The notes under the pieces are model-generated. The model was not told the DNA's origin. It searched no databases and was given only the letters and a program-made list of their open reading frames with translations. A DNA stretch of 63,972 bases, the filler included, from Octopus bimaculoides (lineage: Eukaryota): the NCBI RefSeq assembly GCF_001194135.2. It is 5 parts of 5 records of this genome, joined end to end, with 100 filler letters (N's around TTAATTAATTAA, not from the genome) between each part and the next. Parts side by side here need not be neighbours in the genome. Positions count along the whole stretch, not along the records: positions 56,049 to 62,672 come from NC_069006.1; positions 62,773 to 63,972 come from NC_069008.1; 3 more parts are not named here. One strand, given 5' to 3'. Positions 61,991 to 63,972 of the stretch are shown here, piece by piece (the first letter of the stretch is position 1; each line of letters starts with the position of its first letter). A program made the translations under genes and the position numbers.

Positions 61991-62616
61991 TCATATATAT
62001 ATACGTCGGGTTTCTTTCAGTTTCCATCTATCAGGTCCACTCCTGTGCCTATAGTGTAAAATCGCTTTATGGGAAGGGAGATAATTTGCGCCTCACTAGG
62101 TTAAGTTAGCTAGTCACGTGTTGGATTTCTACAAATATCCAGGAAGCTAAGGTGAGGTATAGTGAGAAAAAAGGGAAGAGATATTATTGTCGCTATGATG
62201 GTTGTGGTATAATCGCTGGTTATGATAAAGTTGAGGTTCCTAGTGATATTGTTGGTGAATGTGGTCGAAGTGGATAGGGTGTCATTTGCAGGAAAGATGT
62301 CAGTTATTGTAGTGGTAGAGGTAGAGGTGGTGGTGGTAATGACGTGGTGGCGGTGGAGAAGGGACGGCGTAGCCTTCGAGTTACAACGGTGGAGGTATTA
62401 ATAGCATGTGATTGGCTGTCAAGGAATCTGGCAGCTGTTGGAATTGGCGACATAAACTGAAGTTGACACGAAACCAACAAAACCACAAAGATACCACTGA
62501 ATGTGAGTTTCACACGCAATCACTGAAACCATAACTATAGCTGGAGCAACGGAATGATTGTTATATCTGAGTATGTATATGCATACATGCATACGCATAG
62601 GTATATACATATATAG

Positions 62617-62672
<56 letters not shown>

Positions 62673-63338
62673 NNNNNNNNNNNNNNNNNNNNNNNNNNNN
62701 NNNNNNNNNNNNNNNNTTAATTAATTAANNNNNNNNNNNNNNNNNNNNNNNNNNNNNNNNNNNNNNNNNNNNACGCGGGGGTCGATGTACTCGATTTAAT
62801 CCCTCCCCACAAATTTGAAGTCTTATGCCTCCAATAGAAAGGTTTATTATTATTATTATTATAGTTCAGTAGTTTTATTTTTATAACGTGCTTTCACTTC
62901 ACTACCGAGCGCAGCTCTGTGCGCCTTGGGTATGTGCTGTGGTTTGCTGTGATGCTCTTATGTTTACTGTATTGAAAGTGTTTTGCGTAGAATGTGTGCA
63001 GTACCCAGTAGTGCAATTTTCTGTATGTTACATATATTTGTAAGTCCTGGTATTTTTGTTATGTATGATAGGAATTGTTTCTGTTTTTAGATTCCACATT
63101 CGAGTTATCTCTATTTCCAGGTCTTTGTATTTTGTATTATTATTATTATTATTATTATGTATATCCTTCTATTTTTTATATATCGCTTACTTCAGTGATA
63201 AGACGATGGCCAAGCTACAGCAAGCCCTTGAAGGGTTTTATTAATCAAATCTACCACAGTACTTTTAAAACCTGATATTCAATCTATCGGTTTCTTTTTA
63301 CGGAGACGTAAACAAACCAACAAACACAAAGGCAAACA

Positions 63339-63374
<36 letters not shown>

Positions 63375-63407
63375 TACATACATACATACATACATACATA
63401 CATACAT

Positions 63408-63972
63408 GAGACACTCTATTATGAAATCCGTCAGAAGGATAATCCCGAAGCCAAACAAATAAGAACCCACAGTATGGTAGAAGCCATAGCCACTCATAAT
63501 AAAAAGGAATATTGGTGGAATGTCCCAGTGAAGACCTCAATAAAATGTAAGCACAAGAGACCTGACATAATGATTTGGGATAGAGAAGAGAAACTGTGCA
63601 CAGTTGTGGAAATTAGCTGCCCAACAGATGTTAACATAAAGCTGAAGATCAGTGAAAAAGAAAACATCTATGCTGAACTATTGAGAAATCTGCAGTTATT
63701 CTATCCAGATTACAAGTTCAGGTTTATACCTGTAATTATTGGGGTCTTGGGATATGTAACACACTGCCTAAATACCAATCTTGAGAAATTTGGCTTCTCA
63801 AAACCAGAACGGAGAAAGCTAATTCGAAAGACAACAGATCCAATCCATCACTGGAACTGTAAAAATCTGTAAAACTTTCCAGAAGTTTATCATTTAAACA
63901 TATATGTGAACATGTCTAGATATGCAACTATATACATGAGAATACATACATAAAGCATACATACATACATAC
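63408..63972 (+). mobile_element. 5'-truncated RLE-type (R4/NeSL-like) LINE, endonuclease domain
   Basis: EYWWNVPVKT..KCKHKRPDIMIWDREEKLCTVVEISCP.D.N...K.SEK..Y..L (PD-(D/E)xK), FIPVIIGVLG. Begins directly after (CA)n(CATA)n. Confidence 0.9.

Overview
AT-rich, gap-ridden eukaryotic scaffold, most likely intronic or intergenic DNA of an octopod cephalopod. This is inferred from three tRNA-headed SINE families, RTE LINEs, dense (TAGA)n/(CA)n/(TACA)n/(TAC)n microsatellites and TTAGGG-type repeats. No host protein-coding gene can be firmly called; only a few weak exon or ORF candidates exist. The window is a layered collection of decayed mobile elements: mariner/Tc1, a CxxH-type DDE fragment, MULE-like, piggyBac-like and foldback MITEs, RTE, Tx1/L1, R4/Dong (RLE), CR1/Jockey-like LINE, a Gypsy gag, and three Penelope-like (GIY-YIG) fragments. 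The most notable unexplained structure is a set of type I hammerhead ribozyme folds read directly from the sequence: 12325-12371 (-), 16286-16374 (-), 26553-26597 (+), and a G8A variant at 45044-45092 (+). Three of them belong to one diverged repeat family with an apparent 345-365 nt monomer. That family occurs once as a partial tandem, shows circular permutation between copies, and carries a conserved multi-hairpin module downstream of the cleavage site. This is the architecture of a non-autonomous, ribozyme-processed (retrozyme-like, possibly circular RNA) element. All ORF-track entries containing X runs or dipeptide repeats are artefacts.
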